From: an uncultured Bifidobacteriaceae bacterium | GTDB taxonomy: Bacteria; Actinomycetota; Acidimicrobiia; IMCC26256; JAENVU01 | Direction: 5' to 3' | Assembly (NCBI GenBank): GCA_964639075.1 | Contig: CAZXCB010000002.1 | Span: 1-45,210 of the forward strand | Length of the DNA stretch: 45,210 bases | Part shown: in pieces, positions 33,589 through 41,968 of the stretch | Numbering within the stretch: the first letter of the stretch is position 1 | How the letters are laid out: each line of letters opens with the position of its first letter | Notes under the pieces: generated by a model | Databases searched by the model: none | Told to the model about the DNA's origin: nothing | Seen by the model: only the letters and a program-made list of their open reading frames with translations | Translations under genes and position numbers: made by a program

Positions 33589-34562
33589 GCGAGCTCGAGC
33601 TCCGCCGCGCCCGCGACGACGATCGCGACGCGATCCTGGACTTGCTCCGACGATCGCTCGGCCGCGAGGTCGACGACCGCTATCAGGCCCTGTTCGAATG
33701 GAAGCACGTGGAGAACGCGTTCGGGCCGTCGCCGGCCTGGGTCGCGTGCGACGGTGCCCGGCTGGCGGGATACCGCGCGCTGATGCGATGGGAGTTCTCC
33801 GGCGGTGACCGGGTGCTCCACACGGTGCGGGCGGTCGACACCGCGACCGATCCCGACTACCAGGGTCGCGGCATCTTCACCCGGCTCACGCTCCACGCGA
33901 TCGACGAGCTCGCGCAGGAGGGCGTCGACTTCGTCTTCAACACGCCGAACGACCAGAGCCGACCCGGCTACCTGAAGATGGGTTGGGAGGTCGTGGGACG
34001 GCTGCCGACGCTCGTGCGGCCCACCGGTTGGCGCTCGCTCGGTCGCATCGCCCAGGCACGGGTCCCCGCCGAACGGTGGAGCACCCCCAGCCGTGCCGGC
34101 GAGGACGCACGCGCGGTGCTCGCCGACTCGGCCGGTCTCGACGCGCTGCTCGCGCGGCTCCCCCGCCCCCGAGGCGATGCCGTCCGCACGAACGTCTCGG
34201 CGGGGCAGCTGCGCTGGCGCTACGGCACGCCGCTGCTCGGCTACCGCGCGATCGTCGCACCGGGCGGCGTGGCCGACGGACTGGCCATCTTCCGCGTACG
34301 GGCGCGCGGCGCCGCCAAGGAGGTCGCGTTGAGCGCGGTGCTGGTGCCCGACGGCGAACGCCGGACCGCGAGTCGCCTCGTCCGCGCCGCCGCGCGCGCG
34401 GCCGACGCCGACTACCTGCTCGCGATCGGCCGGGAACGGGTCGGGCCCGGGGGTCTGGTGCGGCTGCCGCGGGTCGGACCGCTGCTCACCTGGCGCGCCG
34501 TGACCGCGTCGGCGCCACCGCCGGCATGGGATCTGACGCTGGGCGACATCGAGCTCTTCTGA
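33585..34562 (+). CDS. GNAT-family acetyltransferase with C-terminal extension
   Basis: 325 aa, TTG start overlapping the upstream stop. Acetyl-CoA motif is VDTATDPDYQGRGIFTRLTLHAI. Confidence 0.7.
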   Translation: MSELELRRARDDDRDAILDLLRRSLGREVDDRYQALFEWKHVENAFGPSPAWVACDGARLAGYRALMRWEFSGGDRVLHTVRAVDTATDPDYQGRGIFTRLTLHAIDELAQEGVDFVFNTPNDQSRPGYLKMGWEVVGRLPTLVRPTGWRSLGRIAQARVPAERWSTPSRAGEDARAVLADSAGLDALLARLPRPRGDAVRTNVSAGQLRWRYGTPLLGYRAIVAPGGVADGLAIFRVRARGAAKEVALSAVLVPDGERRTASRLVRAAARAADADYLLAIGRERVGPGGLVRLPRVGPLLTWRAVTASAPPPAWDLTLGDIELF

Positions 34563-34569
34563 GCTCGCC

Positions 34570-35505
34570 TCAGGACCAGGGCAGGCGCCTGGCCTCCTGG
34601 GGGTGGAGGAACAGCCGCACGAGCGCGCGCCGCGAGCGGAGGAGCTGGTCGCGCAGCATGACGTCCTCCCGGCGGCGGAGCGCCAGGCGGCGTTCGTCGA
34701 GCAGCCCGGCCGTGCTGGCGTGCACCGGGTCGACGGGCGGTGGGACGAAGTCGTCGGACACCTCCGGCAGCTCCTGCACCCGGCTCCAGAGCCGGATCTG
34801 GCTCGGCGTCGCGACCTCGGGATCGAGCTCGGGCGGCGCGCGGTGGTGGCGCCGATCCCTCGTCACCTCCTCCGTCGCCGACTCTGGGTCGGCGGCGAGG
34901 GGCAGGCCCCAGCCGGTGAGCGCCTCGCACAGCACCCGGGCCGTGGCGGCGGGAGCGTCGACGAGCTGCGAGTACGCCATCGCGATGACCCGGTGTCCGG
35001 CCGCGGCTCGCAACGCAGCGCGGTTGTAGAGCTCCCACATCATGAGCGCCTGCGCGGCTCCGAAGCCGTTGCGCGTCGCGAGCGACGCGGCGACCTCGGT
35101 CGGGTGGCGGTACACGTAGACCACGACGGGTCGGTCGCGCAGGTGTCGCTCCCACCACGCCAGCGTGAAGCACGTCCTCGGGTCCTTCCACGAGAACACC
35201 GGATGGTCCTCGAGGTCGGCGATGGCGGCACGCGCCGGCGCGTCCAGCTCCGCGAGTCGGGGCTCGGTGGCCCATCCGTCGGGAAGCTCGGGTGGCGTGT
35301 CCCACCGGCCGCCGAACGCCCGCAGGATCAGCTCGTTCGTCTCCTGGATCGCCGCGTGCTCGAAGCGGCGCGTCACCGACACCTCCGACCCGAGCCACGA
35401 ACCCATGCGGTTCAGCACGCGCGACGTCGCCGACGTGCCGCTGCGGTGCATGCCGAGGACGACGACGGCCGTCCCGGGAACGTCGCCGGAGCGGTCGCCT
35501 CTCAC
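34570..35505 (-). CDS. Sulfotransferase-family protein
   Basis: GTG 35505 (GTGA overlap with the upstream stop). 5'-PSB loop VVVLGMHRSGTSA; also FSWKDPRT and VYVYRHPTEVAASL. Confidence 0.75.
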   Translation of the reverse strand: MRGDRSGDVPGTAVVVLGMHRSGTSATSRVLNRMGSWLGSEVSVTRRFEHAAIQETNELILRAFGGRWDTPPELPDGWATEPRLAELDAPARAAIADLEDHPVFSWKDPRTCFTLAWWERHLRDRPVVVYVYRHPTEVAASLATRNGFGAAQALMMWELYNRAALRAAAGHRVIAMAYSQLVDAPAATARVLCEALTGWGLPLAADPESATEEVTRDRRHHRAPPELDPEVATPSQIRLWSRVQELPEVSDDFVPPPVDPVHASTAGLLDERRLALRRREDVMLRDQLLRSRRALVRLFLHPQEARRLPWS

Positions 35506-36566
35506 CGGTCCTCGCCGCTCATCGGCGGGGGATCGTACGCCCCGACGGGTGGCGGGCCGGGCAGGCGGCGCAGCATCAGGTTCGAGTGGTAGCCGATCCG
35601 GCGCCCGGTCAGCGCGATGGCGCGGCGCACCCGCACCGACCACGCGAACCGGCGCCGCGCGATCGCGGTCCCCGCCCACTCGTGGTCCGTCTCGTAGCCG
35701 AGCGCGATCAGGAGGTCTCCCGCCACGGCGTCGAAGATCAGGCGATCCGTGCGCGTCCACGTCTCGGCCCAGCCGCCCACGCGCCCGTCGCCGTAGAAGC
35801 CCGACGGCTCGCGCACCCCACCCACGCCCGTCCCGACCGCGCCGCCCAGCGCGATCGGGCTGTCGACGTCTCCGCCCGCCATGCGCGCGAGCGAGTACTC
35901 GGCGAGCAGCGTCCGGCACGTCTCGTCGTCGACGGCCAGCCCGCACGCGGCGAACGCGCGCCCCAACGGCGCCGGATCGCCGGCGCGCAGGTCCTCGTAG
36001 CGGACCTCCACGTACCGGCCCGTCGTCGCCGCCTCGCGCGCACCGAGGACGGTGTCGCGCCACAGCGTCGCCGCGGGCGCGACATCGCTCGGTGCCCAGT
36101 GGCGGCCCCACCCCTTCGCGGCGGCGCGCAGCGACGTCGCGACGTCGCGGCCGTCGCGCACGATGTGGACGAACGATGCGTCGGGCAGGTACCGGGCGAT
36201 CAGCCCGGTGTGCCGGCTGTGCGAGGGGCTCTTCTCGACGACGGCGGTCGCGCCGGGCTCGAGCGCCGCCATCGCGGCCACCACCCGCGCGACGAGCGCG
36301 TCCACGAGGGCGTGGAACTCGTCCTCGTGCAGCAGCGTCGGGAGGCCCTTGGGCCGCGTCGTCGTGTCGGGATCGCCGGACCGCGCGTGCTGGCGGTCCC
36401 AGCCGGCCTGGATCGGTGCGACGATCGTCGAGAACACGTCGGTCTCCTGGGGCGTCACGACGTCCGGGTGCGCGCCGAGCAGCGTCTGGAGCCAGGTGGT
36501 GCCGCTGCGCGGGGAGCCGACGATGAAGACGAGGCTCCGCGTGGGTGGAGGCGTCGCCGCGGTCAC
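35502..36566 (-). CDS. Sulfotransferase-family protein
   Basis: 354 aa. 5'-PSB loop FIVGSPRSGTTWL; 3'-PB VVEKSPSH; also HIVRDGRDVATS. GTGA overlaps on both sides. Confidence 0.8.
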   Translation of the reverse strand: MTAATPPPTRSLVFIVGSPRSGTTWLQTLLGAHPDVVTPQETDVFSTIVAPIQAGWDRQHARSGDPDTTTRPKGLPTLLHEDEFHALVDALVARVVAAMAALEPGATAVVEKSPSHSRHTGLIARYLPDASFVHIVRDGRDVATSLRAAAKGWGRHWAPSDVAPAATLWRDTVLGAREAATTGRYVEVRYEDLRAGDPAPLGRAFAACGLAVDDETCRTLLAEYSLARMAGGDVDSPIALGGAVGTGVGGVREPSGFYGDGRVGGWAETWTRTDRLIFDAVAGDLLIALGYETDHEWAGTAIARRRFAWSVRVRRAIALTGRRIGYHSNLMLRRLPGPPPVGAYDPPPMSGEDR

Positions 36567-37504
36567 GCGCCCCCCGTGTCACCACGCGACGGCCACACGA
36601 GCCGGCGCACGGAGCTCAGCGCGTACTTGACCCGCGACACGCGCGCGCCTTCACCGGTGAGCGCGTGCAGGAAGAAGGGGACCGCGGCGCGGCGATTGCC
36701 GGCGGCCGCGAGGTCGGTGCCGATGTCGTAGGCGTCGCGTGCGTTGCCGCGTGCTCCGAGCTTCCACAGGGTCGGCAGGTGACGTCGGAGCACGGCCCGA
36801 TGCGCGTCGGCCTGCTCACCGGTTCGGCTGAGGCTGCCGGCACGGATCCGGTAGTAGCCGAGGGGCTCGTCGACGAACCCCGCGCGCGTCCCGCCGATCA
36901 GGTAGCGCGTCCAGAGGTCGTAGTCCTCGGCACGGCGCATGCCCTCGGTGAACATCCCGAACCGGTCCACGAGCTCGTGCCGGAACACGACCGACACGAA
37001 CATGAAGTTGTAGCAGGCGATCTCGGCGATCTGTCCGTCCTCGGACTCCGGGAACGGTCGCTTGCGCTGCTGGAGGTAGAGGCGCCGGTCGGTTGCGACG
37101 GTCTCGTCCATCATGTACGAGTCGCTGGTGACCATCCCGAGATCCGGCCGGGCCTCGAGGACCGGTACGAGCTTCGCGAGCCGTTCCGGGAGCCACAGGT
37201 CGTCGCCGTCGAGCAGGCCGATCAGCTCACCCCGCGCGGCACGGATCCCGGCATTGCGCGCCGAGGCCAGGCCGCGGTTCTCCTGGGTGACGGTCACGAT
37301 GCGCGATCCGTACCGGGCGAGGATCGCGGGGGTCTCGTCGGTCGAGCCGTCGTCCACGACGACGACCTCCACGCGCGGATAGGTCTGGGCCAGCGCGGAG
37401 TCGATGGCGCCAGGTAGGTACTCCGCGATGTTGTAGGCCGCGATCACGACCGAGACGAGCGGACGGTCCGGGACGGTCTCGGCGGCGGCTGGACGTGACG
37501 CCAC
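36563..37504 (-). CDS. Glycosyltransferase family 2
   Basis: VSVVIAAYNIAEYL...VVVVDDGSTDET, NRGLASARNAG and LLDGDDLW. Three in-frame GTG candidates (37504, 37537, 37552); the shortest is chosen. Confidence 0.8.
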   Translation of the reverse strand: MASRPAAAETVPDRPLVSVVIAAYNIAEYLPGAIDSALAQTYPRVEVVVVDDGSTDETPAILARYGSRIVTVTQENRGLASARNAGIRAARGELIGLLDGDDLWLPERLAKLVPVLEARPDLGMVTSDSYMMDETVATDRRLYLQQRKRPFPESEDGQIAEIACYNFMFVSVVFRHELVDRFGMFTEGMRRAEDYDLWTRYLIGGTRAGFVDEPLGYYRIRAGSLSRTGEQADAHRAVLRRHLPTLWKLGARGNARDAYDIGTDLAAAGNRRAAVPFFLHALTGEGARVSRVKYALSSVRRLVWPSRGDTGGA

Positions 37505-37636
37505 GGGCGCTGGTGCTCCTCGGATCTCGGGTCCCACGGGCCGGCCGCACACGGGAGCTCCGGCGTGGAGAGCGGACCAGGATACCGCCGCGGAGTGCCG
37601 GTCGGGGCCGCATCGCCGTCGTGATACAAACGGAGG

Positions 37637-38425
37637 GTGAGCGCGGAGGCGTCGAGCGCGGGTGACGCCACCCCGGTCCCGATCTTCGTGGGTGGGTTGC
37701 ACCGGAGCGGGACGACGATCCTCGCGGACCTGATCGGCGCGCACCCGGACGTCGCGCCGTTGCGCGACACGGGCGCGTACCACGACGAGGGGCAGTTCCT
37801 CCAGGACGTCATGCCGACCGCGTCGCAGTGCGGCGGTCCCGGTCGGTTCGCCCGAGGGCCGCGCGCGCATCTCACCGAAACCGACGTCGTGGACGAGGCG
37901 CACGAGCGCTCCCGCCTGCTCGCCGCGTGGTCGCCGTACTGGGACCTCACCCGCGGCCACGTGGTGGAGAAGTCGCCGCCCAACCTCCTGCGGTTCCGCT
38001 ACCTGCAGACCGTGTTCCCCGAGGCGTGGTGCATCGCGGTCGTGCGCCAACCGGTGGCGGTCGCCTACGCCACCCAGCCCTGGGCGAAGCAGCCGATCGG
38101 ACGGCTGATCGAGCACTGGCTCCTCGCCCACGAGCGGTTCGAGTCCGACCGGGCCTCCGTCCGGCGCCTGCTGTTCGTGCGCTACGAGGATCTCGTGCGC
38201 GACGTGCACGGCACGCTCGCCGTCATCGACGCCGCGATCGGCCTGGCGCCGCACGCGCCGGACATCGAGGTGCGCCAGGACACGAACGACCGCTACCTCC
38301 GCCGGTGGCGTCATCTCCGCGGTCCCGTCCGGAATCCCCACCTCGTCGAGAAGGCGCGCTACGCGCGCCGGGTGGACCGCCTCGGCTACGGGTACCGGCT
38401 CGACGACGCGCTCCCGCGTCCGTGA
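37637..38425 (+). CDS. Sulfotransferase-family protein
   Basis: 262 aa, GTG start. 5'-PSB loop FVGGLHRSGTTIL; 3'-PB VVEKSPPN; also LFVRYEDLV. Confidence 0.8.
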   Translation: MSAEASSAGDATPVPIFVGGLHRSGTTILADLIGAHPDVAPLRDTGAYHDEGQFLQDVMPTASQCGGPGRFARGPRAHLTETDVVDEAHERSRLLAAWSPYWDLTRGHVVEKSPPNLLRFRYLQTVFPEAWCIAVVRQPVAVAYATQPWAKQPIGRLIEHWLLAHERFESDRASVRRLLFVRYEDLVRDVHGTLAVIDAAIGLAPHAPDIEVRQDTNDRYLRRWRHLRGPVRNPHLVEKARYARRVDRLGYGYRLDDALPRP

Positions 38426-38431
38426 GCCGCG

Positions 38432-39289
38432 TCAGGGAGCGGTCGACGGAGCCTCGGTGAACTGCCGGTAGAACTCGTCGTCCTCCAGGATCTGCGCGAA
38501 CACGCGCTCCGACAGCGCCCGGGTCTCCTGCTCGATCGCGACGAGGCGTTGCTCGGCTCGTCCCTGCTCGCGGCGGTAGCGCAGGCTCCGCTCGAGCCGG
38601 CCGAGCACGGGCACGCTCGCGGGGATGATCGCCTGGTCGCGCGCGGCCCGGACGGACTCTCGGGCCCGCGTCGTGTCGCGAAACGAGCGTGCAGGTCGTG
38701 AGCCCGCACCGTGGTGGTACACGGTGTCGGCGTACACCCCGAACCACAGCGGGTGGAGCTCCCGGCGGTTGGTGCGCAGCAGCGGGGTCCACACGACCTG
38801 TCGCGCCTCGAGGATGGCGAGCAGGTTGGCGCCGACGTCGGAGACGACGTCGCCGGTCGGTGCCGTCCACTGGTAGTCGCCGTGACCCCAGTCGCCCTCG
38901 ATCTCGTTCCAGAACCCGACCGTCGTGAGGCAGAAGCACGGGTGTGGGATCGGTTGCGCCGCGTTCTCGTCGCGTCGCACCGCCGCGAGCGGCGCGGAGT
39001 CGAGCAACGTCTCGTCGACCCGCGCGATCGGGAACGCGTCGCTGTCGATGAAGAGGAGGAGGTCGTCCGGGTCGGCTTCGGCGCTGATGATCGCGGCGAG
39101 GGCATTGAGCTTCACAGGGTGGTCGCCGGGCATGTCCTCGGCCCAGTGGAAGCGTGGGCCGTACTCGTCGAGGTCGATGCCGTTCAGCGACGCGTAGACG
39201 CGGTGCTCCGGGAGGTTGCGCCCCATGAAGGCGAGCTGGGGTTCGATCCAGCGGGGCTCCTGCCAGTGGACCGTGGCGACGTGGAGCAT
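38432..39289 (-). CDS. Uncharacterised GT-A-like (DxD) putative glycosyltransferase, paralog of 10544..11500
   Basis: 285 aa from MLHVATVHW. Contains LLLFIDSDAFPI and LLRTNRRELHPLWFGVYADTVYHHGAGSR. Confidence 0.6.
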   Translation of the reverse strand: MLHVATVHWQEPRWIEPQLAFMGRNLPEHRVYASLNGIDLDEYGPRFHWAEDMPGDHPVKLNALAAIISAEADPDDLLLFIDSDAFPIARVDETLLDSAPLAAVRRDENAAQPIPHPCFCLTTVGFWNEIEGDWGHGDYQWTAPTGDVVSDVGANLLAILEARQVVWTPLLRTNRRELHPLWFGVYADTVYHHGAGSRPARSFRDTTRARESVRAARDQAIIPASVPVLGRLERSLRYRREQGRAEQRLVAIEQETRALSERVFAQILEDDEFYRQFTEAPSTAP

Positions 39290-39451
39290 TACCTGCCGAG
39301 GCGGGCGGCGTCGACCGCTCGCGCACGCGGCTCGGGCGTGACCCACCGGCCCACCGGGGTGCAGATCATCTCCCCGATCGTACTCCTTGCTCCCGTGACC
39401 GGATCCGAGCAGCGGTCCGGCGCGACGCGGCTCTCGGGCACGCGCGAGGGC

Positions 39452-40639
39452 TCAGACGCGCGACCAGGTGCCCGCGACGTAGACCGGCGACAGTCGCACG
39501 ATCGCCTTCGGGACCGGGGACATCCGCTTGCGTCCCGACAGGATGAGCGGCCCGATCGGCTGCCACGGCGTGACCTCGGCCTTGGACCTGGTGTCCCACG
39601 CCCCGTACCAGAGGAAGAACCGCCGCGGCGGGAGGGGCAGGTGCTCGAGCAGCACCTCGAAGGTGCTCTCGCCCTCGGGGACCACGGCCTGGTGCGTGAC
39701 CACGAAGATCGGTGTGGCCGCCCCCTCGCTCACGCCGAGGTACATGCGCACGTTGTGGTCCTGGTCCGACGTCACGCTGAGGCGGACGATGCAGTCCTCG
39801 GCGACGACGGGCAGGGGCCGATCGGCGCCCCGGACGTTGACCGAGGTGACGCGGATCCCGCCCTGCATCCGCGCGTTCTCCTCCGCGCGCGCCTCGATCG
39901 CGGACCGGTAGTCGGCGAGGACGCCCTCGATCGGTCCGTCGGACTGCACGACGCCGTCGGCGAGCCACATGCCGCGCGACACCGACGCGCCGACGGCCGC
40001 GAGGTCGTGGGAGACGAGCAGCAGCGTGGTGCCGCTGTTGAGCACGTGGCGCATCCGTTCGAGGCACTTCTGCTGGAACGACGAGTCGCCGACCGCGAGC
40101 ACCTCGTCGACGATGAGGATCGCGGGCTCGAGGAACGCGGCCACGGCGAAGCCGAGCCGGACCTTCATGCCCGACGAGTAGAACTTCACCTGCCGGTCGA
40201 TCGCGTCCTCGATCTCGGCGAAGTCGACGATCTCGTCGAAGCGGTCCGCGACCTGCTTGCGCCCGAGCCCGAGCAGGTTGCCGTAGGTGACGATGTTCTC
40301 GCGGCCGGTCAGCTCGCTGTGGATCCCGGCCGCAACCTCGATCAGGGCGCCGACCTGGCCCTCGGTGCTCACCGAGCCGGCGTACGGGAACATGAGCCCG
40401 GACACGCACTTCAGCAGCGTCGACTTGCCCGCGCCGTTCGCGCCGATGATGCCGACGGACTCGCCCGGCGCGACCTCGAAGTCGATGTCGCGCAGCACCC
40501 AGCGCCAGGTGTGCTCGTTGCTCGAGCCGCGCGCGCGTGTGTACGAGCGGGTCAGGTGGTCGCGCAGGAGCCGGCGGCCGCGGTCCACGCGGAACCGCTT
40601 CCAGAGATGGTCGACCTTGACCGCGCCCTCAGCTGACAT
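39452..40639 (-). CDS. wzt: Polysaccharide ABC exporter ATP-binding protein (Wzt/TagH type) with ~140-aa C-terminal extension
   Basis: Walker A (GIIGANGAGKSTLL), signature (YSSGMKVRLGFA) and Walker B (ILIVDEVLAVGD) are present. The beta-rich C-terminal region (IRVTSVNVRG...FFLWYGAWD) has the length and position of Wzt_C glycan-binding domains. Confidence 0.85.
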   Translation of the reverse strand: MSAEGAVKVDHLWKRFRVDRGRRLLRDHLTRSYTRARGSSNEHTWRWVLRDIDFEVAPGESVGIIGANGAGKSTLLKCVSGLMFPYAGSVSTEGQVGALIEVAAGIHSELTGRENIVTYGNLLGLGRKQVADRFDEIVDFAEIEDAIDRQVKFYSSGMKVRLGFAVAAFLEPAILIVDEVLAVGDSSFQQKCLERMRHVLNSGTTLLLVSHDLAAVGASVSRGMWLADGVVQSDGPIEGVLADYRSAIEARAEENARMQGGIRVTSVNVRGADRPLPVVAEDCIVRLSVTSDQDHNVRMYLGVSEGAATPIFVVTHQAVVPEGESTFEVLLEHLPLPPRRFFLWYGAWDTRSKAEVTPWQPIGPLILSGRKRMSPVPKAIVRLSPVYVAGTWSRV

Positions 40640-41657
40640 CGGCGAAGCCCGTCTCGAGCCGCTTGAAGAGCAGGAAGGAGCCGACGAGCCAGATGCTCGA
40701 CATGACGGCGGCGATGATCGTGAGCGTCGCGTCCGGCGCCTCGCCGTACAGCACCGATCGGCGCAGCCCGTCGATGACCGCGGCGTTCGGGTTGATCGCG
40801 CAGACGATCGCCTGCCACATGGCGCTCAGCCCGCTCAGGCTCCAGAAGATCGGGGTCACGAAGAAGCCGAGCTGGAGCGCCTGGGGCAGCGCGTGCCGCA
40901 GGTCGCGCAGGTACACGGTGAGGCCGGCGACGAACATCGAGAAGCCGACGGTGAACGCGAGCAGGATGACCATCAGCGGGATCGCCCAGAACGATGTCGC
41001 GGCCGGCGCGGTGCCGTAGATGATGAACAACGCGACGAGCGCGACGGCGGCGGCGAGCGTGTTCACCCCCGCCTCGATGATCTGCGCGATGACGAACACC
41101 TCACGGGGCGCGTAGACCTTGTTCAGCAGCGGGTTGTTCACGAGGCTGCCGGCGCCGGCCGAGACCGAGCCGGTGAAGAACGTCCACGGCAGCAACCCGA
41201 CATACAGGAACAACGGGTAGGCGATTCCCTGGGTGTCGATGGTCGTGTTGCTCACGTCCTTCAGGAACGTGAGCACGATCATGAGCATGATCGGGCCGAT
41301 GAGCGCCCACGAGAACCCGAGGATCTCCTGCGAGTAGGACGCGCGCAGGTCGCGCCAGGCCAGGCTCAGCGCGACGCTGCGCGACCTCCACAGGCTGGGC
41401 AGCGCCGTGCCGAGTCGGAGCGTGCGCCTGTACCGGGTGCGGGGGTCGGGCGCGTCCGGGATCTCGCGCGTGACGCGCGCCGTGGTGCGTTCGACGTTGT
41501 CGGCCTCGGCTTCGGCCTCGGTCGCCGGCTCCTCGGAGGGTGCGGTCGCAGCGGACGCCGGCGCGGTCTCGGGGGCGGTCACGGTGGCGGAGATTACTCC
41601 CGGCGACGCGGGCGCCCGAACGCTCGAGAGGGTCCCGGCATCACGGAGCGCGCGCAT
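40629..41657 (-). CDS. wzm: ABC-2 type polysaccharide exporter permease (Wzm/TagG type)
   Basis: Six hydrophobic segments following RDLRASYSQEILGFSWALIGP. Overlaps wzt by 11 nt. The long Ala/Glu/Thr-rich N-terminus makes the start uncertain (ATG 41657 chosen; 41690 possible). Confidence 0.75.
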   Translation of the reverse strand: MRALRDAGTLSSVRAPASPGVISATVTAPETAPASAATAPSEEPATEAEAEADNVERTTARVTREIPDAPDPRTRYRRTLRLGTALPSLWRSRSVALSLAWRDLRASYSQEILGFSWALIGPIMLMIVLTFLKDVSNTTIDTQGIAYPLFLYVGLLPWTFFTGSVSAGAGSLVNNPLLNKVYAPREVFVIAQIIEAGVNTLAAAVALVALFIIYGTAPAATSFWAIPLMVILLAFTVGFSMFVAGLTVYLRDLRHALPQALQLGFFVTPIFWSLSGLSAMWQAIVCAINPNAAVIDGLRRSVLYGEAPDATLTIIAAVMSSIWLVGSFLLFKRLETGFADVS

Positions 41658-41968
41658 TTTCCAGGATGGCGACCTCCGTCGGCGCACCATTCGCTGGATT
41701 TCGCCACGCGGCGTCCGACTAATCCTGACGGGCCCTTGACACGTACGGTGACGGTCCGTCAGGATTCGGGCCGACCGCACGGCCGTCCGAGCTCGTCATG
41801 ATGGGTTCGTACGGCTGGTCATGGGCGGGCCGGCCACGCCGGCCACTGCTGGGGGGAGTGCTACATGACGAGGACGGCTGTTGCAGCGTTCACCGCGTCG
41901 TCTCCTTCTCCGTACTTCCGGTCCGTCGCGGTCACGGCCGGCAACACACACGACCAAGGAGAACCACG
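41658..41968. promoter_or_regulatory. Divergent intergenic region between wzm and the secreted-protein gene, with the Shine-Dalgarno site AAGGAG at 41956-41961
   Basis: About 310 nt. AAGGAG lies 7 nt upstream of TTG 41969. Promoters not assignable. Confidence 0.4.
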
